Source: Micavibrio sp. | GTDB lineage: Bacteria; Patescibacteriota; Minisyncoccia; Moranbacterales; GCA-2747515 | Length of the DNA stretch: 64,000 bases | Direction: 5' to 3' | Assembly (NCBI GenBank): GCA_020718085.1 | Contig: DYDB01000002.1 | Location: forward strand, 113,161-177,160 | In this document: positions 17,901 to 26,989 of the stretch, piece after piece | How the letters are laid out: the number at the start of each line of letters is the position of its first letter | How positions within the stretch are numbered: the first letter of the stretch is position 1 | The notes under the pieces: generated by a model | Database searches by the model: none | What the model saw: only the letters and a program-made list of their open reading frames with translations | What the model was told of the DNA's origin: nothing | Program-made: the position numbers and the translations under genes

Positions 17901-18245
17901 TTTGATAAAAATGGTGAAAAGATCGATACTATTGGATCTTATAATATAAAAGTTGACACAGAGGATCCGTTATTTACAGATTTGCCAGATCGCTTAAATA
18001 AGAAGAAAGGATCAACAGTGTGGTTTGAAGCGCAAGACAGTGAAAGATTCAAAAAATTTAAAGTTTATCTTGATGGACAAACACAAACAATCTATCCTGA
18101 ATCAAAAGTGAAAGACAATGAAGTTGTAAAGGGTCTATTCATGTTACCGCAAGACATTACAGCTGGTAAGCATGTTATGGATGTAAAAGCTTACGATAAG
18201 GCAGGTAATTCGGTAAAAAAATCCGTACTGATCAATATCTGGTAA
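14961..18245 (+). CDS. large secreted S8 (subtilisin) family serine peptidase with C-terminal Ig-like/adhesin-like repeats (1094 aa)
   Basis: Signal peptide. Catalytic triad motifs VIDSGV (Asp), HGTHVAGI (His) and GTSMAAPHVAG (Ser). The long T/S/V-rich C-terminal half looks like beta-sandwich repeats. Confidence 0.85.
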   Translation: MIYKKIIACIVTSVLVSSSVYAQESFTFDPGELSRSNVQNINMTHKDTLPRYVEGEILVKFKEDKINLAKGEGGAKKAMVTLFRNVDEKEVFKDSNIVVYNIQGDKSVEDAIKEFEEDSSVEYAQPNYLYKLQSVSTSYADFAKQWAMNNTGQMTGGVSGTADADIDAVEAWTITDDTNTGVIVAVIDSGVSYFHPDLAANMWVGSTCLDPNGQTIVGGCMYGYDTFADDIDPRPDTVSGSIHGTHVAGIIAAADNTMGVIGVDPHARIMAIKSAGLIGSEYGSRTSDVIEAINFARHNNADIINMSLGSNENDLALAAAIEAFPGLAVVAAGNDGTDNDITPMYPASNTNENIVSVAATDQNDALADFSNYGVTSVDVGAPGVNIYSTTSDSVAYSEDVQTVVPPSVPLNFVRDGNFGTRNAGSGNNVFIGDTNQLPYATNHTSHLFSPTIDLSSYGSDDLVYMDFLVYCDTEYSETELKDYMVLGFSSDGSNFSTALMDTDYSGTGDAAVVFDEYVAGALASGSGEKLSGGYWAHVASLYPISPTYRTSDFRFQFMWKTNDVNNNHEGCYVDDIVIHGSNSEIGNAYAFEQGTSMAAPHVAGLAALLLDFDPSLSTAELKALILNSGDPISSLAGKTVTGKRINAFNAVNELSVAMHHFNVTGSNTQQAGASQNVTITATDSHGNVNADYQGDHAITLSGAGAAPDSTVPTCKDKNNANIAFGTPTTLTFTNGVATCAMTLYKKESVQVDVSDGTYNSAGATTYDLDVAVSAAEVSSAKTALSVTPDPTYKNHDTTLTVTAKDVYLNQLSGGGDTVIIEVTGANTATPSVTDKNDGTYTAIYAPTNIGTDLITAKINGENVEIDKDGEPDGIYNLEVLEEQEVDDDEPINELEIEKPAMDFSGKLKNLVLSKNKTAYIPRDKVKFKGNVQELAGGTVEIKTKSEKKTNKKKTDIDDSGKWNKEIEFDKDGTWNVKFTFFDKNGEKIDTIGSYNIKVDTEDPLFTDLPDRLNKKKGSTVWFEAQDSERFKKFKVYLDGQTQTIYPESKVKDNEVVKGLFMLPQDITAGKHVMDVKAYDKAGNSVKKSVLINIW

Positions 18246-18355
18246 AAAATAGAAGAAATATACAAAAAATGAAGCCCGCTCAGTTAGAGAGGGCTTCATT
18301 GTATATGAAATACAATGGTCGCATGTTCTTGTAATGATCTTACAATAGAAAAAGT

Positions 18356-18916
18356 ATGGTATACTTTTTCTATATGAATGAAAAAAATGTATTACAACCG
18401 TTTTCTCGTGATGTTGTGTTTTTTGATGCAGAATTTTCTGGACATGACATCATCCATGATCAGCTAATGTCTGTGGGTATGGTGTCTTTAGATGGAAGTC
18501 GGGAGATGTATTTTGAACTTGCGTATGATAAAGAACATGTAAGCGAATGGGTTCGAGAGCATGTTGAACCATATCTTACCGGGGAGAAGATCTCTCATGA
18601 AGAGGCACGCATACGCATCCATCGGTTTTGCGGTGCTCATGAACCACATTTGGTAGCAACGGTCAATCATTATGATATGGCTTTCTGGCATAAACTTTTT
18701 GGCATAGAGAAAGAGCCAATTCATTCGATCCCAATCGATTTTGCGTCAATGCTCTTTGCCGTTGGCTTGACACCGGCACGGGAAATTGAGGGAGAAAAAA
18801 GGAAATTTTATGCGCAATTTGGCATTGATCTGGATGCATATCAAATGCATAATGCACTTGATGATGCGCACCTTATGCGCGATCTTTATGTGCGATTGGC
18901 TGGTTATGAAAACTAA
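18356..18916 (+). CDS. DEDDh 3'-5' exonuclease (DnaQ-like fold), stand-alone
   Basis: VFFDAEFSG (Exo I DxE) ... HNALDDAHLMRDLY (Exo III H/D). The start is ambiguous between 18356 and 18374. Confidence 0.6.
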   Translation: MVYFFYMNEKNVLQPFSRDVVFFDAEFSGHDIIHDQLMSVGMVSLDGSREMYFELAYDKEHVSEWVREHVEPYLTGEKISHEEARIRIHRFCGAHEPHLVATVNHYDMAFWHKLFGIEKEPIHSIPIDFASMLFAVGLTPAREIEGEKRKFYAQFGIDLDAYQMHNALDDAHLMRDLYVRLAGYEN

Positions 18917-18981
18917 TGTATCATAAAGACAAGTTCTATTTTTATATACTCTGAACTTTATAAATTTATAATCTAAATTAT

Positions 18982-19362
18982 ATGACAGAACGTGAACAAG
19001 TCTATCGATGTGCAATTTGTGGCAATATTGTGGAAGTTAAACATGCTGGTGCCGGGGAATTGGTATGCTGCGGACAACCGATGAATTTACTTGTTGCAAA
19101 CGTGGAAGACGCTGCAACAGAAAAACATGTACCGGTTATAGAGCGTACGGATGATGGTATTGTTGTGAATATTGGTGCAGTTGATCACCCAATGGACGCA
19201 GATCATTATATTGAATGGATTTCACTTGATATAGAAAATAAAACGTACACAGTATATCTCGCGCCGGGAGATGCACCTCGTGCGATCTTTGACTCTACTG
19301 CAGAAAATGTAATTGCATATGCATATTGTAACTTGCATGGATTGTGGAAAGCGGAGGCATAA
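18982..19362 (+). CDS. dfx: desulfoferrodoxin (2Fe superoxide reductase)
   Basis: N-terminal desulforedoxin Cys cluster (CAICGN...CCGQPM), followed by a neelaredoxin domain (HVPVIE...DHPM...HYIEWI...CNLHGLW). Confidence 0.8.
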   Translation: MTEREQVYRCAICGNIVEVKHAGAGELVCCGQPMNLLVANVEDAATEKHVPVIERTDDGIVVNIGAVDHPMDADHYIEWISLDIENKTYTVYLAPGDAPRAIFDSTAENVIAYAYCNLHGLWKAEA

Positions 19363-19376
19363 AATTCACCTTTTTG

Positions 19377-19406
19377 AAAAATCACTCGAAAACGGGTGAT
19401 TTTTGT
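19377..19406 (+). terminator. terminator-like hairpin plus T5 downstream of dfx
   Basis: aaatcactcgaaaacgggtgatttttg. Confidence 0.45.
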
Positions 19407-19590
19407 GTTCATGAAGGAATCTGAAAATGTCATTATTTTTTTGATCATTATTTTTTATAAAAAAGTTTTTGTTGATGGGCATTCTTCACTGTATTATTAA
19501 TGCTATATCAATTCATTTAACTTGTGATAATATAAGTATTTGTAAAATTGAGATGAGAATTATGTGTGGATAGAAGCGGTAAGTTCTTGT

Positions 19591-19667
19591 TTGCGTCAAA
19601 TAATCGTGTGGTGTATAATGCAAGGTGGAGGGGTGATCTCATGAATAAGCGTTGGACAAGGTCGTAG
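19591..19667 (+). promoter_or_regulatory. promoter (TTGCGT-17-TATAAT) plus an 8-codon uORF (MNKRWTRS) with a strong SD, upstream of the KH-domain gene
   Basis: TATAAT at 19614-19619. GGTGGAGGGG lies 6 nt before the ATG at 19641, and the stop is at 19665-19667. Confidence 0.3.
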
Positions 19668-19721
19668 GCGCTATAGAGACAGTCTATCCGCGTAAATCAG
19701 TTAAGCAGTTGTTTACACATT

Positions 19722-20042
19722 ATGGAGCGAGATGCACAATTTGTTGAAGAGGTAGTAAAAATGCTTGTCGACAATCCTAATGACGTCAAAGTTGATCGCA
19801 AGGTTGATGAAATGGGCGTGCTTATTACATTGGATGTACATCCAGATGATATGGGTATGGTCATTGGCCGCGAGGGTTCTACTGCAAAAGCGCTTCGCAC
19901 ACTACTTCGTGTAGTTGGTGCACGCAACAATGCACGAGTGAACTTGAAGATCAATGAACCGGAGGGTTCCGATCGTCCACGCAGAAATGCTGAGGGTGAG
20001 AAGAAAACTCTTGATGAGGTTGTTGGTGATATTCAAATCTAA
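19722..20042 (+). CDS. KH-domain RNA-binding protein (YlqC/UPF0109 family)
   Basis: LVDNP...GMVIGREGSTAKALRTLLRVVG matches the KH_4 signature. Confidence 0.7.
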   Translation: MERDAQFVEEVVKMLVDNPNDVKVDRKVDEMGVLITLDVHPDDMGMVIGREGSTAKALRTLLRVVGARNNARVNLKINEPEGSDRPRRNAEGEKKTLDEVVGDIQI

Positions 20043-20054
20043 AGAACTTTTCAC

Positions 20055-20084
20055 AAACCCGCCGTAAAGGCGGGTTTTTTGTTT
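20055..20084 (+). terminator. intrinsic terminator (AAACCCGCC/GGCGGGTTT, T6)
   Basis: aaacccgccgtaaaggcgggttttttg. Confidence 0.7.
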
Positions 20085-20191
20085 GACTTTTTATAATAAT
20101 TGTTACAGGATTGTGTTAGTAAACGTAAAGTTCTTTTTCATCATATTATTATATATAAAGGGGACATGTACAATATATAAAAGAAAAAATG

Positions 20192-21006
20192 TTTTGATCA
20201 TTGGAAGTTCTGGATATCTCGGATCCAGTGTTGTGATGTATTTAGCTAGTCATGCAAATGTGACAGTTTCTCATTACACACAAGCAGCTTTTCCGAATTC
20301 CGTAAAGTTTGATTTTTTTAGTGACCATGTGGAAAATACTTTTCAGAAAAAATTTTTTGACGTAGTAATCATTGCAGCAAAGATCGAATTTGACATTCAA
20401 CAGAACTCACTTACTGAAGCAATGAAAAGATTCATCAATTTCTTTCAGGATGCACACATGATCTATATTTCAAGTGACGGAATTTTTGACGGCGTGCGTG
20501 GAATGTATACTGAGATGGATGTGCCAGAGCCAATAACAACATATGGGGAAAACCTTGCAATATGCGAAGAAATTATTAAGAGCAGAAGTTCCGCATGGAG
20601 TATTGTGCGGCCAAGTTATATTTATGGATATTCTCTTGGAATATTGGACGCTCGTTTGGATCGTATGCAAAAGAAGTTGATGGTAGGTGTGGAAAATCCA
20701 TTTGTAGATATGTTCAAGAGTCCTGTGGAAGTGAATTATGCTGCACGAGCAATTGCAGATAGTGCACTTCGTGAAATAGAAGGTATTATACATCTTGCTG
20801 GGTGCAAGATGAGTGTGTACGAATTTTATAAGCGGAGCATGCAGGTGCTTGGAATTTCTGTCAGCAATCTTTTGCCGGGACATATGCCTGCTATGCAACT
20901 TCGCGAGGTGGATATGCTAAAGGACACATCTTTGGATAATACGAAAATGCAAGATCTTTTTGGCCCATGTCCAGTGATAGAAGAATTTTTGAAAGAATTT
21001 TATTGA
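20192..21006 (+). CDS. NAD(P)-dependent epimerase/dehydratase-reductase (SDR, RmlD-like); start uncertain (no in-frame ATG, possible TTG at 20192)
   Basis: Rossmann motif IIGSSGYLGS. The ORF-track start at 20083 overlaps the upstream terminator, and there is no ATG before the Rossmann motif. Confidence 0.5.
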
Positions 21007-21076
21007 AAAGTGGTTTACTGCAAAATATATGCAGTAAACCACTTTTATCTTTTAGGTGGTGATATAATGTGAATAT

Positions 21077-21709
21077 ATGGCAAATTTTAAAACACATATT
21101 GGATGGGGTGCGGTGATTGGTGTAACAATGATTGTTTTGGCTTTACTTTATTCTTTTATTTCCGGCTGGGTAGAGATCTTTATGATATTTGGAGCGATTT
21201 TAGTTGGTTCTTTTTTACCTGATATGGATATGGATGATGGCGTGCCATTCCAGATCCTTTTTGGTTTTTTGAGCATTGGGGTTGCAGGAAGTATTTTTTA
21301 TCAACTTTATTCTGATGGTCAAAGAGATGTGCTCACTCTATTTTTGATAACTGGTGCGATATTTATAGGATTACGATTTGTTGTTGGTGAGATCTTTATG
21401 CGATTTACAGATCATCGTGGTATTTGGCACTCCATTCCTGCGGCAATATTTATGGGACTTGTGAGTATGCAAATCATGCGTCGCATCAGTCCGTCTGAAA
21501 ATGATGAATGGTGTGTGTATGTTGGCATTGCCATAATGATCGGGTATCTCGGACATCTGATCCTTGATGAAATTTATGCTTCAGTTAATCTTTCTGGTCA
21601 TTCGCTTTTGCCAAAAAGATCACTTGGAAGTGCACTAAAAATTTATTCACGATCAAAGATCGCAACTGGCATTGTTTATGGAGGTATTGTGTACTTATTA
21701 TTCTCTTGA
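21077..21709 (+). CDS. membrane-bound metal-dependent hydrolase-like protein (DUF457/YdjM-like)
   Basis: Multi-TM protein with a His-rich GHLILDE segment. Confidence 0.45.
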   Translation: MANFKTHIGWGAVIGVTMIVLALLYSFISGWVEIFMIFGAILVGSFLPDMDMDDGVPFQILFGFLSIGVAGSIFYQLYSDGQRDVLTLFLITGAIFIGLRFVVGEIFMRFTDHRGIWHSIPAAIFMGLVSMQIMRRISPSENDEWCVYVGIAIMIGYLGHLILDEIYASVNLSGHSLLPKRSLGSALKIYSRSKIATGIVYGGIVYLLFS

Positions 21710-21976
21710 TCACAACAAAACGGATCGAAACAGTGAAAGTAATACATAGATCACAATCGAACCAAAGATCGTGATAAAAGGTGCAAACAAGAAGATCATC
21801 CCCTTTTTCTTAGCGTGTGCTTTTTGTATATCATCGGATCTTTCACTACTTTTAGCGAGAAAAATGATTCCTGTGATACAGGATGGGGCCATGCTGATCA
21901 CGCCAATAACACCAATTAGTGATGTAAACCACATCAAGATACGGAGAACTACTGCAAACAGTGATACATCTTCCAT
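21710..21976 (-). CDS. small membrane protein (88 aa), hypothetical
   Basis: Two predicted TM helices. Convergent with the preceding gene. Confidence 0.35.
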   Translation of the reverse strand: MEDVSLFAVVLRILMWFTSLIGVIGVISMAPSCITGIIFLAKSSERSDDIQKAHAKKKGMIFLFAPFITIFGSIVIYVLLSLFRSVLL

Positions 21977-22083
21977 ATATTTTTTAAGATATTTATATCA
22001 CAATTATAGAGCATACTTACAGAAAGACAAAGCGGAGAGTTCATGGTAGAATGCGTGAGTAAAAAGCATGGTGTGCATAACAT

Positions 22084-22773
22084 ATGTATTGTGTGATTTT
22101 GGCAGCAGGATTGGGAACGCGTATGGGAATATTGACAGAAAATTGTCCCAAGCCGATGTTGCTTATTCATGAAAAACCGAAGCTTGCATATAGCATTGAG
22201 ATGTTACCAGATGTTGTGACGGATGTGGTTTTGGTTGTGGGATATTTGAAAGAGCAGATCATGGAATATTTTGGGCAGTGGTATGAGGGACGGCGTATTC
22301 ACTATATTGTGCAGGAAATCTATAATGGCACGGCAGGTGCGGTGCAATTATGTAATGATGTGATCGATGAAGAAAATTTTCTCGTGATCATGGGAGATGA
22401 TCTATATATGCGTGGTGACCTGGAAAAATTATTGCAATATGACCAGTCATTGCTTGCAACTAGGACGTTGCAAGCGGAAAATTTTGGTCTTGTGGATACT
22501 GATGATGAAAAATATCTTACGGTTGTAATGGAGCGTCCTCACGACAAGAAAAATGGATTGGTAAATACAGGAGCGTATTTTCTCAGTAAAAAATATTTTG
22601 AGGCAAAAATGGTGCAAATTTCCTCAAATGAATATGGCCTTCCACAAACACTTGTGAGTATGTATCCTGTGTGTAAGACAAAAGTTGTGGAAGCCAAAAA
22701 ATGGTTGGCAATAGGCACGCCTGAGGATTTGCGGTGTGCACAAGAAGAAATATTTACATTTATTTCACGATGA
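22084..22773 (+). CDS. sugar-phosphate nucleotidyltransferase
   Basis: N-terminal ILAAGLGTRMG nucleotidyltransferase signature. Confidence 0.65.
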   Translation: MYCVILAAGLGTRMGILTENCPKPMLLIHEKPKLAYSIEMLPDVVTDVVLVVGYLKEQIMEYFGQWYEGRRIHYIVQEIYNGTAGAVQLCNDVIDEENFLVIMGDDLYMRGDLEKLLQYDQSLLATRTLQAENFGLVDTDDEKYLTVVMERPHDKKNGLVNTGAYFLSKKYFEAKMVQISSNEYGLPQTLVSMYPVCKTKVVEAKKWLAIGTPEDLRCAQEEIFTFISR

Positions 22774-22774
22774 T

Positions 22775-23797
22775 ATGAAAAAGAAAAAAATTGTGACAAT
22801 CGGTGGAGGAACTGGCTCTTTTACACTACTCTCAGGAATCAAGCAATATCAATATGACATTACGGCAATTGTGACAATGGCGGATGATGGCGGTTCGACC
22901 GGAAAGTTACGTGATGAATTGGGTGTATTGCCCCCGGGCGATGTGAGACAATGTCTTGTGGCATTATCACACTCATCGGAGGAGTTGCGTGCACTTATGA
23001 ACTACCGTTTTGAAAATGGCGGATTGGAAGGACACAATTTTGGCAATATTTTTCTTTCCGCTTTGGAAAAACTCAACGGAAATTTTTCGGACGGTGTTGC
23101 AGAAGCGATTCGCATTTTGAACGTTAGTGGAAATGTTGTACCGGTAAGTGAGGGAGATATGCGACTTAAAATTCGTTTGAATGATGGACGTATTGTAGTG
23201 GGAGAAAAAGAATTGGATGATAATGATGATATACGCACCACAGGAGTTCATGATGTGCAACTTGCAAAGAGCGTTCGTGCAAATCCCGCAGCAATTTCTG
23301 CAATTGAAAAGGCACATTTCATTATCATTGGGCCCGGTGATCATTATGGAAGTATTGTGCCGAATCTGTTGGTAAATGGAATTAAAACAGCAATCAAAAA
23401 ATCGCGTGCTAAAGTGATATTCATTGCACCGTTGACGAACAAGAAGGGGCTAACTAGCGGTTATTCAGTTGGTACATATATTGAAAGCATTGAAAAAATG
23501 ATCGGGAATACTCGTATAAATTTTGTTGTGCATAATGCAACGGCACCACATAAGGAAATTATTGCGCGATATGAACGTCAAGAAGGTAAGAACTCGCTCG
23601 TGCAACTCGAAACATCCTTTGTTCATTCGTACAAGCTTGTTACAGGCGATCTTTTGCGCAAAGAAAAAATTATACATACAAGAGGCGATGTCTTGGCTCA
23701 TACACGAGCGTTCATTCGTCATGATAGTGAAAAACTTGCACGTGCAATTGCACTTATCACAGAATATGATGATTACAAGACATTTACAATTGCGTAA
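22775..23797 (+). CDS. YvcK/CofD-family gluconeogenesis factor (UPF0052)
   Basis: IVTIGGGTGSFTLLSGIK ... MADDGGSTGKLR. The ATG at 22775 immediately follows the upstream stop. Confidence 0.7.
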   Translation: MKKKKIVTIGGGTGSFTLLSGIKQYQYDITAIVTMADDGGSTGKLRDELGVLPPGDVRQCLVALSHSSEELRALMNYRFENGGLEGHNFGNIFLSALEKLNGNFSDGVAEAIRILNVSGNVVPVSEGDMRLKIRLNDGRIVVGEKELDDNDDIRTTGVHDVQLAKSVRANPAAISAIEKAHFIIIGPGDHYGSIVPNLLVNGIKTAIKKSRAKVIFIAPLTNKKGLTSGYSVGTYIESIEKMIGNTRINFVVHNATAPHKEIIARYERQEGKNSLVQLETSFVHSYKLVTGDLLRKEKIIHTRGDVLAHTRAFIRHDSEKLARAIALITEYDDYKTFTIA

Positions 23798-23839
23798 TGA
23801 TCTTATAAAATTACAGGTTCTTAAGGGGTCAATAAAAAA

Positions 23840-23884
23840 ACCACGTGACCGACATTAATAAAATAATGTTTTCATGGTCACGTG
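23840..23884. promoter_or_regulatory. perfect 10-bp inverted repeat CCACGTGACC...GGTCACGTGG (25-nt spacer) between convergent genes
   Basis: Seen directly in sequence. Could be a bidirectional terminator or a protein binding site (CACGTG palindromes). Confidence 0.4.
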
Positions 23885-23892
23885 GGCTGGGG

Positions 23893-24255
23893 TTATTCTT
23901 TTGAAATTGGCCAGTCAGATGGAAGTGGTGGGTTACAACGAGTGCAATAATTTTCCAGCCACCGTTCACAATCAACTAGTTTTGCGAGATCGTCTAATGG
24001 TTTTTTTGTTGCATAGATCACAATTTGCGTACGCTTTTTTGCATCGCTGGTGCTTCGTACTTCGCGACAAGGCTTTTCAATAAAGCCGAAGTTGCGAAAT
24101 TGTTTAATCCAATAATACGATGCGCCATATGTGATCTTTGCTTTGTGTGCGATTTCTGCAGTCAGCACGCCTCTGTTTTCATAGCGAAGCAGATCTGATA
24201 ATGCAGCGTACACTCTAAATGCGTATTCGCTGGGCAATAGTCTTTCAGAATTCAC
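23893..24255 (-). CDS. winged-HTH transcriptional regulator-like protein with a Cys-containing C-terminus
   Basis: GVLTAEIAHKAKITYGASYYWIK looks like an HTH. C-terminal CERWLENYCTRC. Divergent from the ABC exporter. Confidence 0.4.
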   Translation of the reverse strand: MNSERLLPSEYAFRVYAALSDLLRYENRGVLTAEIAHKAKITYGASYYWIKQFRNFGFIEKPCREVRSTSDAKKRTQIVIYATKKPLDDLAKLVDCERWLENYCTRCNPPLPSDWPISKE

Positions 24256-24576
24256 CTTTCTCCTCCCTTAGAAATTGAGAATATATTTTAAGAACAACGT
24301 AGAATTTTATCATATTAATCATGTAATGTCAATACTATGCCGTCCATGCAAAATGATGTAGGCGGGAAGATCAAATATATAAAAATGTGCGTATGATATT
24401 TATGTTTGATGACAGAGTGTGAATATTATTGTATATTCAGTACTACACACAAGGATCATGAAAGACCTGTGATATGACAACACGTAAAAAAGATCACTCT
24501 CTTTGGATAAATGAATGATCTTTTGTGATCAACGCACAAAGAGAATTATAGGATGTAATTTTATAAGAGGATAAAT

Positions 24577-26337
24577 GTGAAAAAAATAAATATGCAAAAA
24601 TTTCAGCATGACCCACACAGTTTTCTGCTTTTCGTCGTTGGTCAAAAAAAACATTTTTGTTTCATGATGATCATATTCGTTGTCTCTGCTCGTCTACTAT
24701 ATATGACCGTGCCATTTTTTACGAAGCAGATCACAGATGCTCTGACGAATTCTTATGAAAATATGGTGTATCTCAATGTTGGATTATTGTTGGCGGCGAT
24801 CATTCTGAGCACGATATTTTATCGCATAACAGGCTTGATCGCAGCGCGCTGGAATGCCTTTATGGAAGTTCATGCGGCGCAATTGGCTTTTGATTATTTA
24901 ATCGGACACAGTGCACAATATTTTGCGAATCGATTGAGTGGGAAATTGCAAAACAAAGTTTTGAATATCTCTACTGCTGTATCTGGTATCATGCCAATCA
25001 TTTTTTGGGATTTTTTGGATCTTGTAGTAAAGCTCATTTTGTCAGTCGCTCTTGCATTTTCGGTGAATGTGTATATCGGTGGCATATTTCTCTTTTTTAT
25101 TCTCATCTCTGTAAGTCTCAGTGCAGCTATGACGAAGCGGCTTTCTCAGTATTCATGGGAGCAGGCTGATGCGTCGTCAGAGGTACGAGGAACAATGGTT
25201 GATGTTGTGAGCAATATTTTGGCTGTAAAGCAAAATGTTGCAACGGTAAGAGAATCAAAAAATGCGGAGAATGTTTTGGCAAATTATTCTCAAAAAAGAA
25301 AAAGAACGTGGACTTTTTTTGAAAAGATCCTATTTTTGAATAACGTGGTCATATTTTTTATGATCTCCAGCGTGATGATCGTTGCAGTATATTTATGGAA
25401 GTTGGATGCATTGAGTCCTGGGGATATTATCATGATGCTCATGCTCATGAATGGATTGTTTGGAGACTTGCAGTTTTTGAGTAGTTCATTTAATCGCTTT
25501 ATGGAGCGATATGGACAAATGCGCGAGGGCTTGGAAGAGGTATTTGCCCCGTACGCGATCGTGGATCACAGTGCTGCAAAGAATGGTGTGATCAAGAATG
25601 GTGTTATTGTATTTGATAATGTACATTTCCGCTATGAAGAGGAGGATACGCAAGTTGTTTTTGATCATTTATCACTTACTATCTCTGCAGGTCAAAAGGT
25701 TGGTCTTGTCGGAGAATCTGGTGCGGGAAAATCGACATTTGTCAGTTTATTGCTTCGTTTTGTGGAACCAGAGAATGGCAATATTCGTATCGATGGATGT
25801 GATATAGCATATATGCGACAAGATGATCTGCGTGATGCGATCGCGTATGTGCCGCAGGATGCCTTGCTTTTTCACAGATCATTGAAAGATAATATTACAT
25901 ATGGTAATCCGAACGCGACAGATGAAGAGGCTATTACTGCTGCAGGACGTGCATATGCACGTGAATTTATCGAAAAAATGCCGGATAAATATGATACCCT
26001 TGTTGGTGAAAGAGGTATAAAATTGTCTGGCGGACAAAAGCAGCGGGTCATGATCGCTCGCGCAATGCTCAAAAAATCTCCGATTCTTGTTTTGGATGAG
26101 GCAACGAGCGCATTAGATTCACGCTCGGAAAAATATATTCAGGAGGCACTAGAAGGATTGATGAAAAATCGTACGACAATTGTGATCGCACATCGTTTGA
26201 GCACGCTCAAAAAAATGGATCGTATCGTGGTTTTTGATAACGGAAATATTGTTGAAGATGGATCGCATGAGGAATTACTTGCCATAAAGGGGAAATACTA
26301 TATGCTGTGGCAACATCAATCCGGCACTTTAATGTAG
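24577..26337 (+). CDS. ABC transporter, fused permease/ATP-binding protein (MsbA-like exporter)
   Basis: 6-TM domain followed by Walker A GESGAGKST, signature LSGGQKQR and Walker B ILVLDEATS. Confidence 0.8.
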   Translation: MKKINMQKFQHDPHSFLLFVVGQKKHFCFMMIIFVVSARLLYMTVPFFTKQITDALTNSYENMVYLNVGLLLAAIILSTIFYRITGLIAARWNAFMEVHAAQLAFDYLIGHSAQYFANRLSGKLQNKVLNISTAVSGIMPIIFWDFLDLVVKLILSVALAFSVNVYIGGIFLFFILISVSLSAAMTKRLSQYSWEQADASSEVRGTMVDVVSNILAVKQNVATVRESKNAENVLANYSQKRKRTWTFFEKILFLNNVVIFFMISSVMIVAVYLWKLDALSPGDIIMMLMLMNGLFGDLQFLSSSFNRFMERYGQMREGLEEVFAPYAIVDHSAAKNGVIKNGVIVFDNVHFRYEEEDTQVVFDHLSLTISAGQKVGLVGESGAGKSTFVSLLLRFVEPENGNIRIDGCDIAYMRQDDLRDAIAYVPQDALLFHRSLKDNITYGNPNATDEEAITAAGRAYAREFIEKMPDKYDTLVGERGIKLSGGQKQRVMIARAMLKKSPILVLDEATSALDSRSEKYIQEALEGLMKNRTTIVIAHRLSTLKKMDRIVVFDNGNIVEDGSHEELLAIKGKYYMLWQHQSGTLM

Positions 26338-26362
26338 ATAAAAAGTTTTTTATAACTATGTC

Positions 26363-26974
26363 ATGAAGATTTTTGTGGATTTTGATGATACGCTCTTTGA
26401 TAAATCATGTGGCTTTGTACAAGCGTACAAGGAAATTTTTATGCAATCCGGTGTAGAAGAAAAAAACTTTTTTGATACATTGCATTTTGTTGGAGAGTCC
26501 TATACGCCACAAAAGCATATAATGCGCATAGTAAGAGAGCAACCATCCGTATGTGCGGATCATATTTTGCAAAATATCACACAGTTTCTGCTGCAAAGCA
26601 AAAAATTTGTTTTTTCTGATGTTGTGCGATCCTTGAAAAAGTTTGATTGTGGTGATCTTGTCATCTTGTCTTATGGTGAAAATGATTTTCAAATGCAAAA
26701 GATCATAAACTCTGGATTGATGCAATATGTAAGTGATGTGATCATTACACGGGGTGATAAGTCGCGAGAGGTCGAGGTATATATGCAAAATGATCCAGAT
26801 CACGATATTGCGGTGATCGATGACAGTGTGAATCATCTTGCAAATATTAAAAAAAGATTTTGTACCGCAGTGACAATTCATAAATTGAAAAACAATGAAA
26901 AATGTGCTGTGCAAACATGCGATCATCATATCCAACATTTTGCAGAAGTGTGTGATATACTTAAAAAATGGTGA
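26363..26974 (+). CDS. HAD-superfamily hydrolase-like protein
   Basis: N-terminal DFDDTL (DxD) motif. Confidence 0.45.
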   Translation: MKIFVDFDDTLFDKSCGFVQAYKEIFMQSGVEEKNFFDTLHFVGESYTPQKHIMRIVREQPSVCADHILQNITQFLLQSKKFVFSDVVRSLKKFDCGDLVILSYGENDFQMQKIINSGLMQYVSDVIITRGDKSREVEVYMQNDPDHDIAVIDDSVNHLANIKKRFCTAVTIHKLKNNEKCAVQTCDHHIQHFAEVCDILKKW

Positions 26975-26989
26975 GATTAAATATATTTT

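Noticed and set aside
18290-18325. Hairpin GAAGCCC…GGGCTTC after the protease gene as a plus-strand terminator
   Set aside because: The T-run is on the opposite strand (it would terminate minus-strand transcripts, and none is apparent). It was kept out of the feature list as ambiguous.
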